Notes under the pieces: generated by a model
The model's database searches: none
The model's input: only the letters and a program-made list of their open reading frames with translations
What the model was told of the DNA's origin: nothing
Shown: positions 12,051-23,405 of the stretch, one piece after another
How positions within the stretch are numbered: the stretch's first letter is position 1
Layout: each line of letters starts with the position of its first letter
Assembly: GCA_964036045.1 (NCBI GenBank)
Contig: OZ038378.1
Span: forward strand, 118,420,001-118,484,000
Reading direction: 5' to 3'
Origin: Eutreptiella sp. 'Long Island Sound 2002'
Taxonomy: Eukaryota > Protista > Euglenida
Length of the DNA: 64,000 nucleotides
Program-made: the position numbers and the translations under genes

Positions 12051-13528
12051 GTATGGGTAGGCAGGCAATTGATGTGGGGTGATAGACGTATATGGGGTTC
12101 GCTTGGGCGGTTCTGGCGGTGATTTGCGTGGGTTGTAGTAGTAGCACTGCATAGACGCCTATCCCCTGGGTGATGATGGCCTTGGCTCGTGGGGTGAGGC
12201 GGAGGAGGCCCCAGTCTGGGCACCCCTGGGTGATATACGCGTACATCAAGGGGAAGAGGTATCCCGTATTGGGGTGGAACTTCCGGCACGTGATGGTCTT
12301 CGCCGCTCCTTGTCCTCTTTGTCACCGTGGAGGGTGGGGCCTTTGTGCTGTAGGGGGCGCATGGGTGCCTCCTGAGGTCCTGCGCGGTGTGGGACGTACT
12401 CTATTGCCACGCTGTCCGGGTCTGCCAGCTCGTTGGTGAACCTCCATGTCGCCGTGGGTGTTCGGGTCCAGGCTACGTGTGCCGGGTGGTCTGTGGGTAC
12501 CGTGTGAAACCAGGGGGAGAGCCATGCCTGCTGGTCGGCGGTGGCGGCGGCGGTGGGGGTGTGGTAGTGGGTGGAGATGAGGCGTAGCAGGGGCCACGGA
12601 GTGGCCAGGGCTGCTGGACCGCAGTGCCAGCACGTGCGTGGTACGCCCTGGTCACTGTGTCTGACTGGTGGTACATCGGTCTCCGGTGCATTGTGTTTGG
12701 GGATGGACCAGGGGGCTTGGTGTCGCTGGACAGTGCGGGTAGCATGTTTGTGGCCGTTGGGTGCTAGTAGCAGGATGGTGGGTGGTGTCCAGCCTTCAGC
12801 TGACGGGTTGGGCTCCTCTTGCGTCGTGCCGCCGTTGTTGAGGGTCTCGTGCTCGCTCGGGCGGGGCCAGGGGTGCTGGCGCTGGAAGGCTGTGTACACC
12901 GTGTCGATGTCCTTGGGCCCCGGCATGTCGCGCCCTGCTCTTGTAGCACATGCGCGGATGTACGCTTGGAAGACGTGGCGTGCTGGCCATTGTGGGTCGG
13001 AAAGGAACAGGGCGCGGTGGGCGTCGCATTGGGCCATGATCCTCATCTGTGTTGGGGTGATATACACTATGGTGACGGTGGCCCCCACGAGGCGCAGGGT
13101 GTCCACCTCGCCTGCCGGGTGTCGGTGGATGTATGTCTGCGTGGCCACGAGTGGCCCCTGTTGATCGCAGTGGTGGTTTGTCAGGATGGCGTGTGTGTGG
13201 TGTGGTAGGACGAGCTGTAGCTGGGCCCAGATGCCAGTGCCCACGGAGGTGGAGACGCCGTGTTGCGCGAGTATACACCGGGGGCAGGTGTTGCGGGCCA
13301 TTTGCGCTTCTTTTATGCGTATCGCTGCCGCCTCGCGAACTTCGAATTGGTGGTCGTGTGTCACCCTGTGTAGGAGGTGCCCTGCGTGTTTGGCATAGGC
13401 AATGTCGATCAAAGCGCCTGTATTGTCTCTGTAGTAGCGCCAGTGGGCCATCATGGCCTCCTTGGGGAAAGACGTGGGCCAGCCTCCGTGTTGCGCCCAT
13501 GCCTTCGTCACTTGCTGTCGAGCGTGGC

Positions 13529-14195
13529 TTAGGGCGTCTTGGGGGCGGGGGAGGTGCAGGGCTTGGTACCCGATGGCCGCATTGAGCACCGCTTCCATGA
13601 AGTACGCCAGGTCCTGCGTAGACAGGAGGTCCCCCCTGGCAATTTGGGGTAGCCGGGCGAGGCGCTCTTCCAGCTTGCTTGGGAGTGTGATGTGGTGGTG
13701 CCGCGTGGCCTACGTGACTCCCAGGTGGACTGTGGTGTCTTCCAGGTGTAGGAGTTCACCTTTCCGGATGTGGGGGGTGGGGTCCTGGTGTCGGCCAGCC
13801 CGACCCATTTGCGCGGGTGCACTGGGAGCTGGTGGGCGTCCAGGTAGGTTGTGGTGAGTTGGAGAATGGCGGACGCTTGCTCGGTGGTCGTTGGTAGCCC
13901 TGCGTTCTCAGGGTGATGGTTGCGGGTGGCCGTAGTTAGGAGGTTGTCGTCCGAAAAGTTGATGAGGGGGGACTGTAGCGGGTATGGGGCGTACCCCGGG
14001 GATACCCGTGCTAGCTTCAATGCCAGTGGCAGGGTGAAGAGGAGGTAGCGGAAGGGGCCTTTGGCGCCTCCCTGGGGGACCTCGCTGTCTGTGCCGGTCC
14101 AGGGGGTGAGGCCTGCGGCTGTGATGACGGCGTAGAGGCGGGTCTGGATGTACCCGGTCATGAAGGATAGGAATGGGAGGCCGATGGCATCCCAT
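13529..14195 (-). pseudogene. Non-LTR reverse transcriptase, C-terminal half
   Basis: WDAIGLPFLSFMTGYIQTR...VPQGGAKGPF (QG..SP motif)...NFSDD (YADD-equivalent)...VHPRK. The N-terminal RT part is missing. Confidence 0.85.
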
Positions 14196-14199
14196 ACCT

Positions 14200-17100
14200 G
14201 AACCTGAACTGTTGCGGCTGCAGCTGTATGAGTCTACAACACAGCAGCAGCAGGCTCCAGCGGAGCCGATGATCCTGTTGAGCCCTGTGAAGGCAGCAGC
14301 GTTGGATCCACAAGAATCAGTGCCGCCGACGCTGTCTGCAGCTAGCGTGCTAGTCAATGTGGAGAGGCATCGCTGGGTTGATCAACATGGGTGTCCGCAC
14401 GAGTGGCAAGCCATCAGCCACACCGGTGACCACGTTGAGCGCTTGCATCAGGTAGGAGACGGCGTGAGGAAGCTTCGTGAAGCTATGACTGCTGTCACGG
14501 ACGCGCTGAGATCGGGACTGAACAGGGATCAGCAGGTGTTTGATCTGTTGAAAACCCTCGATCATCACTTTGCAGGCATCGCTGTTGATCTGGAGACCAT
14601 GAGAGGAGACATGTCGGCACTGGGCAACGCCGTCACCGCTGCACAGCGCGATATGGGAGACCTATGGCCTGATCATCGCGGCCTGCAAGAGGTTCACAAC
14701 ACCGCCATGTCAACGGTGGAGCGCAGCGTCAACGAGCTGCTGCAAGTGGCAGCAGCAGCGCGCCTACGGCGGTTGGAGGAGTCCTCAACGCGTGCAGAGG
14801 CGAGCAGCAAGGGCTGCCACGTACCATCGAAGGTGTGCGAGCCTCAGTGAACGCCAGCGGGCTGCAGCTCAGCAGCCACATCCACAACGTGTCCTCCTCC
14901 CTGAACGACATGGGGCAGCGCGTGGGCGCGTTGGCGCGCCAGGAGGCGGCCATCGCGCAGGCTTACGGGCGCATCACGCAGGAGACAGCGGAAATCAGGA
15001 GGGTTACAGCCTCTACTGAGCAGGTCAGCACTCCTCAGCGTGTGGTATATGGGTTAGAGCCGAAGGTGGGAACGTTAGAGTGTCAGTACCAGACCTTAAG
15101 AATCCGGCAAACAACGGTGATGGAACAGTCAGACAGGACAGCAAACTTGTTGGATGAGCGCATCATCACAATCCGAGCGACGACGTCGCACCTGAACTAC
15201 TGTGAACAAAACTTTGCAAACAGCGCTCAACAGAATCACCATACTGGAAAAGGGTACTGGCGCCTCCACAGACTCTCAACCTCTTGAGCCACCCAATGAC
15301 CCTCCTCCTTCTCACTCGTGCTCTGGCAGCGACGGGTGCTGCCCCTGGTGTGCATCTAAGGTGTCTTCGTTGGAGGACGCCAATGAAGCCCTTGAGCATG
15401 AAGTGGCTCGGCTGAACCCACAGTACATTGACTTCAGGCGCCAGGTGTTACACCAGAGCGAGGACAAGGCCTCTTGGGAGGGGAGGTCTTGAGTGAAATG
15501 AGGGAGAGCCTCGAGGCCATCTGGCGCCAACACCTGGAGGAGATCAGGGACTGTCACCATCGCCTGATACTGGCGGAATCAGGTTCGGATCGCCTGCAAA
15601 CAGAGGTCATGAATCCGTTGGCCAGGAAGGTCAACGAGCTGGACAGGCAGTGTGCGTCTTTACAACGACAAGTTCAACACAACGCCCAGGAGTTGGCGCT
15701 GGTAAAAGGACCGCAGCAAGTGCCTGGACCACGGGCCCCACTCCTGGACGTATCCACCTCCTTGAATTTTGATGTGGCGGCGGTGGAAGCCCGAGTGGCG
15801 GAACATGACACCTCCTTCCGGGTTTTGGAGACGCAGCTCCCAGAGGTCGTTAATGGTATGGAGACGCTCACGAATTCGATGGAACAGATAAGAGGAAAAA
15901 TACAGGAGTGGGAAGATGAGTATGCGGATGAAAGGGAGGAGGGTCCAGACACCCCTGATCCTCGCCCAAACGTGAACCCCCTTCCCAGCCTTTCGCATCC
16001 CACATACCCCGCCAAGGCCGACCCTGGGGCTCCGCCACATGTTTCGACGGGAGAGGGCATTTGTTTCTCTTATTGCCAATATGGAGAGACTACGCCTGCA
16101 CCGGGGGTTCGGAAGCAGTTTTCTGGGTCGGGGGACATTCTCAGGTCGCACACCAACCACTCCGAAGCCAGCGGCAAGCGCCCCAACTTTGCTACATGAA
16201 GCGGGCGGCGCTACGTTTGACGTTTCAGCGCTGGACATGAAAGGCACCACCCATGATCGGGAGAAGCACGTGAGTTTCTCCAACGTGCAGGAATTTTTCA
16301 AGAGTGACCCCCTCTCAGCTATGGGTAGCTTGCCTTCGTTTGGGGGGACGGGTAAGGCCCCAGTCCTGGGCACACCCGACCTAGGGTCTTTTTCTGTACC
16401 TGATTGCTCCGTGCCCGGCAGTGCCCCCACCCACAAGGACCCAAATGTTCAGGTCAGGGTGCTGTTCAACACCGACAAGCTGGGGTTAGAAACCCTAGAC
16501 CCCGAGACTAGGCAAGTCATTAAAGACCTCCCCAAGAGGCTGGTCTTCCGAGGAGACTGGGCCACGTTTGAGCCTGAATGGGACCGTTACAGGGGTTTTT
16601 GTCGTAAGCGCATGGCGCCAGATCTCCTGGCATATGTTTTCTGCTCATGTTTCCCGGACGAAGGGAACTTATACGCCAGTCTGGCTCGAGATGCCGGCTG
16701 GACATACGAGCAGATATACAGCGTGGCCTCTACTATCGGCCAGGGCAGGGTGTCCGGCGAACTCCTGGAAAAGAAATGGATCGCAATGGACCTGACCCGC
16801 CCAAAAACTCTGGCCAACTACAGCCTTCGGATAATCCACTGGGTGCTACACGCTCGCCGCACAGCACCCAAGTGGGCTATCACCCCACAGCGTGCCAAAC
16901 AGGTGTGGCGCCAGGCGCTTGAGCGTCATGGAGGCCACGGCGCCGAACTTGCCGAGCTGGCAAAGATAGAGGCACTACACAGTGAGTTCACCTGGGAGGC
17001 TGCACACTCCCAGGTGGTGTACAAGCTCACCTGGCGGGATAAGCGCAAGTGACAACAAAAACGCCACGATGAGGCGCAGCCGGCAACTCCAGTGCAGACG

Positions 17101-17631
17101 CGCAACGCCTCGGCACCCGCAACCTTCAAGGGCGCATGCCACAACTGCGGTGATAAGGGACATCGAGCGGCAGACTGCCCCAAGCCCAAGAAGACGGATG
17201 ACCGTCGGGACCGCACTCCTGGCCGTAAACCTGGCAAGGGGAAGGGCAAAGGCAAGGGCAAAGGCAAGGAGCAGCACGGCGATTACGTGGTGGCGGGTTG
17301 TGGGGAGACGGCAAGCCTCTTCAGGGGGACGACAAAGCTAACCCCAAGTCAACAGAGACAGGTTGACTTGGCCCTCCGACATGCCACTAAAATAGCCAGG
17401 GATGACAAGTGCATGTGGTGTGGGGGTGCACACCATCCTTGCCAGTGCCAATATCACGTGAAAAAAAATGTTGCCCGTGCCCCGCAGACCCAAATGGAAG
17501 CCAAAGATGGTAAGCCTGCTGAGGCAGCCCCCCAGGGGGACGCCAAAGGGAAGGCCGACAGAGACACCCCGGCCAAACCGGCGGCAACCAGCGCGTCAAC
17601 AAGGGGCCGCTCCAGGAACCCGCGTCAGTAG
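14200..17631 (+). pseudogene. gag: Gag: long coiled-coil-like N-terminus, capsid-like helical region, two Zn knuckles
   Basis: Overlapping ORFs 14173-14850, 14835-15287, 15202-15492, 15474-16199, 16039-17052, 17092-17631. Knuckles CHNCGDKGHRAADC (17137-17178) and CMWCGGAHHPCQC (17410-17448); KG repeat. Confidence 0.8.
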
Positions 17632-18958
17632 AGACGTCGGGGGTGGCTTACGAGAGGCAAGCAATGCGCTCGCAAGAGAGTAGCCAGGCTGCGGGGGGCT
17701 GACCATGCTGCTGGCACCCCGCAGGCACGGCCAGCGTTGACGGATCCACCCCCTGTACTGAATCCGTCGGCGCTGAAGGTCATAATTTCTACTGCAACCA
17801 TACGGTCGGTGCTGGCGAGCCCAATATACGATCCTTGTACGCGCCGTACCCTCCGACGACCCCGAGTATGTGCGCTGAGTTGCCGGTGCGTGCCTGGTTC
17901 AACAGGCACGTGCCGGGAATCGGTGGTGCAGGGCAGTGCCCGCCGGAGAACGGGTGAAGAGAGCCCAGCACCTATCCTCGTCAACTGAGGGAGCCAGGCT
18001 TTTGCCATCGCTCCCACCTCATTTTTTCCGAACGGTACGCTCCAACTGGAGCGGAAGACATGGGCTGCCGCCATTACGCAAACGTTGGCCTCTTTAGGAC
18101 AACAGGTGGCGGCAGTGGCCGTGGCGGTGTAGCAAGTCACTACGATAGCCACCGTCATGTCAGCAACACGCAACGCTAGCTTAGGAGTGGAGCAGCCGTT
18201 ACCCTCTCCTCCCAAGCAGCAGTTGGTAACCCCGCCCAGGCAGCCCGTTACGGTCTGCCAGTGTGTCTCAGTAGGTTTAGTCGCGCCAGATGGGCAGTTT
18301 GATTGTGACAATTTGTACTGTTCGGTTCAGGAATATGAAGACAGCATGGGGGACCCGAAGTACGCAGATTTTCCTCCAACCGGGCTGCCTTATTCCATGG
18401 AGTGGATAATCATAGCTCAGGCTAGGTACAAGCCACCACAGTCCATACCCCCCCCTACCGCCACGAGATTGGCCGGGGACGGAGTTCACCGCTTCATACA
18501 CCCCCTCCGAGGTCGAGCCACGGCAGTTTAGGTGCCAGTGCCTGCGGCAGTGTGGGTGTCATTTAGCCGTAGATCCCAACAGCGGTACAAAGAGCAAGCA
18601 AGGGTTATTTGAGGCGGAGTCAGAAGAGGGCGATCCTATTTTAGCTCGGCCCCTCAACACCCCCTCCCCTGTCCACACCGCGTCCGCAGACAGCTTCACC
18701 GGGGTCTGGGGATACCACCAGAACCACAACGGCCAATGGAGGGGAGAAACCCTTCCAGAACCCCCCACAAGACAACCCAGGTTCTCCGGTACGGACCCCC
18801 CCACGGACAAACAGGTCGTCCAGCGGTACGGTCGCTTCCCAGGATCCAGTTCAGGTACCACCTCGGTACGACCCGTCCGCATTTCTAAGAAGGCTCAGGC
18901 ACTACCAACCGCAGCTGGGCGCTGGCCGCTACATAAGTCAGCTAGTCGTACTTAAAAA

Positions 18959-19380
18959 ACCGAGGCATACGCAGTACTGCCGAGTCTGAAGCAAGAGATG
19001 TTGGCATGGGCAGGGGTTTCAGGAAGGGAGCAGCAGTCCATGGTTGATGCATTTGCCCAAAAATGCAATGCCCAGTTCCCACGGTATTGGTCACAGGCCC
19101 AGGATGCCTTCTCTGAGGAGTGGGGCCGGGAGCACCTATGGATTAACGCCCCGTTCTCTACAATGCAAGATGTTGTCCTCAAGGCCATCATGGACCAGGC
19201 CCAAAGGATAATGATTGTCCCTGTGTGGAAGGCACATGATTGGTTTTGGGAGTTAAGAGATAGCCTTGGTTTGGTCAGACTTGCTGGCGGACCAGCCGCT
19301 CTATCAGGACAATGCGGGTTTTGTCCTCCCGCCATCCAGAGGCTGGACCACCAGGGTGGTCCTTTTTGAAGCATTCTCCA
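18959..19380 (+). pseudogene. Dam-like DNA N6-adenine methyltransferase domain (DIRS-type MT)
   Basis: YAVLPSLKQEML...VDAFAQKCNAQFPRYWSQAQDAFSEEWGREHLWINAPFS...KAIMDQAQRIMIVPVWKAHDWFWEL/EIALVWSD...LPPSRGWTTRVVLFEA. NAPF (19145-19156) is one base from catalytic NPPF. One frameshift near 19255. Confidence 0.85.
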
Positions 19381-19599
19381 GCAACGTCCGGGACAGTGCC
19401 TGCGACGCAGTTGCTGGTGCGTATGAGGGTGACAGTGACACCTCTCCCTGGTTACGGGACCACGTTGAACATGACGCCAAGAGGGAATACTACCGCCCAC
19501 GGTCTCAACGCTCGGTGCAGTCAGCAGTGCAGGCAGACCAGGAGGACCCCCGCTGTGCTTTCAACACACACCCATCAAGGAGGTCCCGCAGGATCTGCG

Positions 19600-20640
19600 G
19601 CCGCACGGGGAGCATGCCATAGCCTTTAAAACTGCCACCCCACAGCCACAGAAATGTGTGCCAGACACGGCCTTCCGCAAACTCGTTAACAAGTTTATTG
19701 CCCGAGGCTTCTTGCAGAAGTCTGATTCGGTGTGGGGTGCAGGGGCCTTTGTGGACCCCAAACCTCGGGGAAAGTGGAGGCTGGTTATTGATTACCGCCA
19801 TCTGACCTCCCAGGTGAGCGACGACCCCTTTCCCCTCCCGGTCATAGGGGATATGATCCTCTCGCAGGGTAAAAATGCACTTTGGTCTGTCTTTGACCTT
19901 GAAGACGGGTTTCACGAAATGCATTTAGTGCCTGCAAGCAGGTAATATACGCTTTCGTGACACCATGGGGGCTGTAAGAATGGCTGGTACTCCCCATGGG
20001 CCTGAAATCGGCACCCAGGGTATACCAGCGCATGGTGGCGGCCTGCCTGGATACCGGGTTTGGGGACAAGTTAAGTTTCACAAATCGGTTTGGTACAAAG
20101 CCGTACATTGATCACCTGCTACACGGTACCCCTGACCGGGACAATTTGGAGAGGAACGAAAAACTTAGTCGTCTCTGTATACAGGACCGAGAGCGTCAGC
20201 TACAGGATTTGTTTGAAATTTTGGCACACTACAAGCTCTCCCCGACGCCGACAAATTGCAAAATGTTTGTCACTTGCGTTAAATTTTGTGGGCACATACT
20301 CACACCAGGGGGTAGACACAGGGACCCTGAAAAGGTGGCCGTCATTGAACGGTGGCGGTGGGAGGACATTACCACCCCCACGCACCTTAAGGGATTTCTT
20401 GGGTTCACACAGTGGTACAGCGTGTACATACATGACTACGCGCGCATGGGCGCCCCTCTGCAAATGGCCTTGCAAGGTATGTGCCTCACAAAGGCACAAA
20501 AGAAGGCCCAAAAATACCAGCGGCAAACAGATTCACTGCCTGGTACTGATACCCGCCAAGGGGCTAATTTTTCCAATATGAGTCAGGAGGAGCTGGTACA
20601 ACATTACAAACTCCAGGCGAAAATTCACTGGACCCCCGAA
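19600..20640 (+). pseudogene. pol: Ty3/Gypsy reverse transcriptase
   Basis: KWRLVIDYR...PFPLP...DLEDGFHEM...MGLKSAPRVYQR...YIDH (decayed YIDD, 20104-20115)...FCGHIL...LKGFLGFTQWY. Confidence 0.95.
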
Positions 20641-20649
20641 ATGTAAGAG

Positions 20650-21170
20650 GTGTTTGAGGAGCTGAAACAACAGTTCCAAAAGGGGGTGATACTCCAATTT
20701 CCTGATCTCAGCAAGGACTGGTGGATCACTGTGGATTCCAGTACCTCCGCGTTTGAGGGTACACTGGAGCAGGAGGATGCTAACGGCAACCTCCGCCCGG
20801 TGGCGTTTTTTTCGAAAAAGTTACAGGGCACCAGGACCAAACGGCCTGACGGGTCGTACCACAAAACGGGCCAGTTGAACTGGCACATTTTGGATCAGGA
20901 AATGTACAGAATTGTTGCCACCCTGTACATATTTAGAAGCTGGCTGCAAACGGGGGTAAAAATCAAATGCCGCACGGACCACAAACGTTTGGAGTCCTGG
21001 GTCAAAGAGGACTTTGACCGCATGGGTGGTCCAGTGGGTAGGCGGTCCCGTTGGCACCAGTTGTTGGCAAGGTTTTCCCTGGAAGTTGTCTACATCAAGG
21101 GGAAGACAACTGGGCGGTGGATGTGTTGTCTAGGGGGGCATACCCTGCTTACCTAGCCAACCCCGACACC
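20650..21170 (+). pseudogene. pol: Ty3/Gypsy RNase H
   Basis: ITVDSS...LEQED...RPVAFFSKKL...DQEMYRIV...RTDHKRL...RWHQLLARFSLEVVYIKG/EDNWAVDVLSR. Confidence 0.92.
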
Positions 21171-21999
21171 AACGTACATGGGAGCGATGCCAACCAAGCG
21201 GGTTGGGATGCATCGGAGCAGGAAACTGCCCAGTGGGTCCACGCAGCACTTGTCGGCCCCTACGGTCGAACCCGAGCCCCACCATACCCCCTTACCACCT
21301 CGCACATGGAACGGCCCGGATGGAGAACGGTTGAAAAACCTGGACCTTAGTACCGACCAAGTACGGGTCCTCTGGGTGGAAGTGAACTGCACATTGCCAA
21401 GCACGGGTCACAGCCTGGCAGGAGCAGTTCATCAGTGGCATGCGGCCTTACGGCCTGTTGGTCATAGTGACGGGAACTCGGATTTCTATAAGGACAGGGA
21501 GCTCACGGAGCAGGCTGAAAAGGCTCGCAGGCAGCAGGCATTTGTCAATGCATTGCCTACGGGACCCAGACGTGCTACGGTGCGCCAGCTAGCACACAGG
21601 GTGTCCAGTGACGTAGTCAGTGTGCTCCATGATTCGTGTAAATACACGCGAAATGCCCCGGATGCACACGGGTTGCCTTGGAGGTCCAAGCGACGCCAGG
21701 CTAGGGCATATATGGACACACAGTGCTGGTACCAGGGCGCGGCCGCCTTCATGCGCCACACCCTTGCTACTGGCTGTTGGGACGGTCCCAATACGGCTAT
21801 GCTGCGCACGCTTACGACTTACTGTGTGAATGCACATCCACAGAGTGAGCCCCCCACACACGTGCAGTGGTACCAAGCCATCCAGGTGTGGTGTAGGGCA
21901 GGGCGCAAAGAGAAGGCAGATATGCCTGGTAAGGGCACTGTCATGATGCCCCCTCCAGACTGAATTCCTGTTTCACAACTGGGCCCCGCACTACGAGGC

Positions 22000-23130
22000 T
22001 TACCCTGCCCTGAAAGGGGAGTATGCGGCCGCTCGGACTTGCGTGGCGGAGCATTGACGCGCGGCCAATCATGTTAACGGCCGAGAGCAACTCCTTGAGC
22101 ACCATCACCTGATAGTGCCCAAAGCAGTGGCCTCGAAGGTCATACAAGCTGTGCATTCATGCAGTCACCAAGGGGTGGATAAGACGCCTGAAGTCCTACA
22201 CAGACGCTACAAATTCCACGAATACACCCCGACGCGGCTGCGGGAGCTCCTCGAAAATGTAGTCCAGCGCTGCGACACGTGTCAGACATGTAAGCTGCCG
22301 TGTGGTTGGCACCCAGGGATGCGCCACTACTACCTCATCCCCAAATATCCGTTTGCTTCAGTGGCGATGGACATAGTCCATCTCCCTACGTGGGAGGTGC
22401 ACAAAGGTTACACTGTGGACTGTTGCTTCGTCATTATTGACCGGGCAACTGGCTATGTTATAGCCATACCAGCTACTCTCAAGGGTCTCTACACCCCCAA
22501 ATTGGCGGAACCTTTTTTGGAGAAGTGTGTGTTTTTTACCGTTGTTCCCAACGAAATCCTGCGGGATAACGCCAAATATTTCAGTAACAAATTTGTGACC
22601 ACCCTTTGCAATTTGGCTGGCATCTCCACCCATGAGTCTGTGATCTACGATCAGAAGACCAATGGGAGAGCCGAAAGGGCGGTAAAAAGCGTCGTTGAAA
22701 CCCTTAGGGTCTACCTACAGGGGACCAACACACCCACCAGTCACCGGTACTGGAAATTGCCTTTGACACTGTGGGGTCTCAATGACCTTCCGGATGCCAT
22801 AGCGCCATACTCTCCCCACCGTCTCTCGTTCGGGAGGGATCCAATTGGATTCAGGGACATGCCTCCCATTGTGGAGGAAAACAGGTGCGAAGACGCGCTT
22901 GATTTTTTCTTGCGTCTCGGGCGAGAGCGTGAGGAGGTTCAGCAAAAGCTGACGGCCATCCATGAAATAAACGAAAAAAGAATTTCGCAAACAGCACCCT
23001 GAAAAATTGTGGGAAGTGGGTGACCGCGTCTGGGTCCGCAATTTGGCCAAGGGCGAGGAGCCCCATTTTGACAAGCTGGCGCGCAATTGGTCGGGACCAT
23101 ATGAGATCCTCGAAATTGTGGGCGGGGGTC
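22000..23130 (+). pseudogene. pol: DDE integrase with HHCC zinc domain and GPY/F motif
   Basis: VHSCSHQG...CDTCQTC; VAMDIV; IIDRATGY; LRDNAKYF; TNGRAERAV; KLARNWSGPYEILE (frameshift near 23000). Confidence 0.93.
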
Positions 23131-23260
23131 GGTTCTGTGTGGCGACCGCCCAGGGACCTCAAATCTTGGGGGTAGGCCGTCTCAAGCTGGCCCTGCCGCT
23201 GTTGTCGGGGGTTAAGCTGAAATGCGACCACCATACGCTCCGTCCTCCCCACAAGCACGA

Positions 23261-23405
23261 CGACAGCTGGGTTGTGGAGGATGTGGTGAATCTCAAAGAG
23301 GTGCCTTCCATTCGGGGTAACGGCAAGGTCCAGAAATGGCTTGTCAAGTGGAAAGGTCACCAGGAGTGGACATGGGACACCAGGGACCAATTTGTGCACC
23401 ATGTG
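23261..23405 (+). pseudogene. Chromodomain at the integrase C-terminus
   Basis: DSWVVEDVVNLKEV...KWLVKWKGHQEWTWDTRDQFVH follows the chromodomain pattern. Confidence 0.85.

Larger units (their letters stand above)
5610..14195 (-). mobile_element. 5'-truncated non-LTR retrotransposon (RT-RNase H-CCHC, I/Ingi-like architecture) with a long 3' coding extension
   Basis: RT motifs VPQGGAKGPFRYLLF and INFSDDNLL; RNase H; CCHC; A-rich tail on - (T-run 5613-5628 on +). Many frameshifts. Confidence 0.85.

Noticed and set aside
17880-17930. Decayed protease active site (VRA…)
   Set aside because: Several edits are needed to recover DTG; not supportable.
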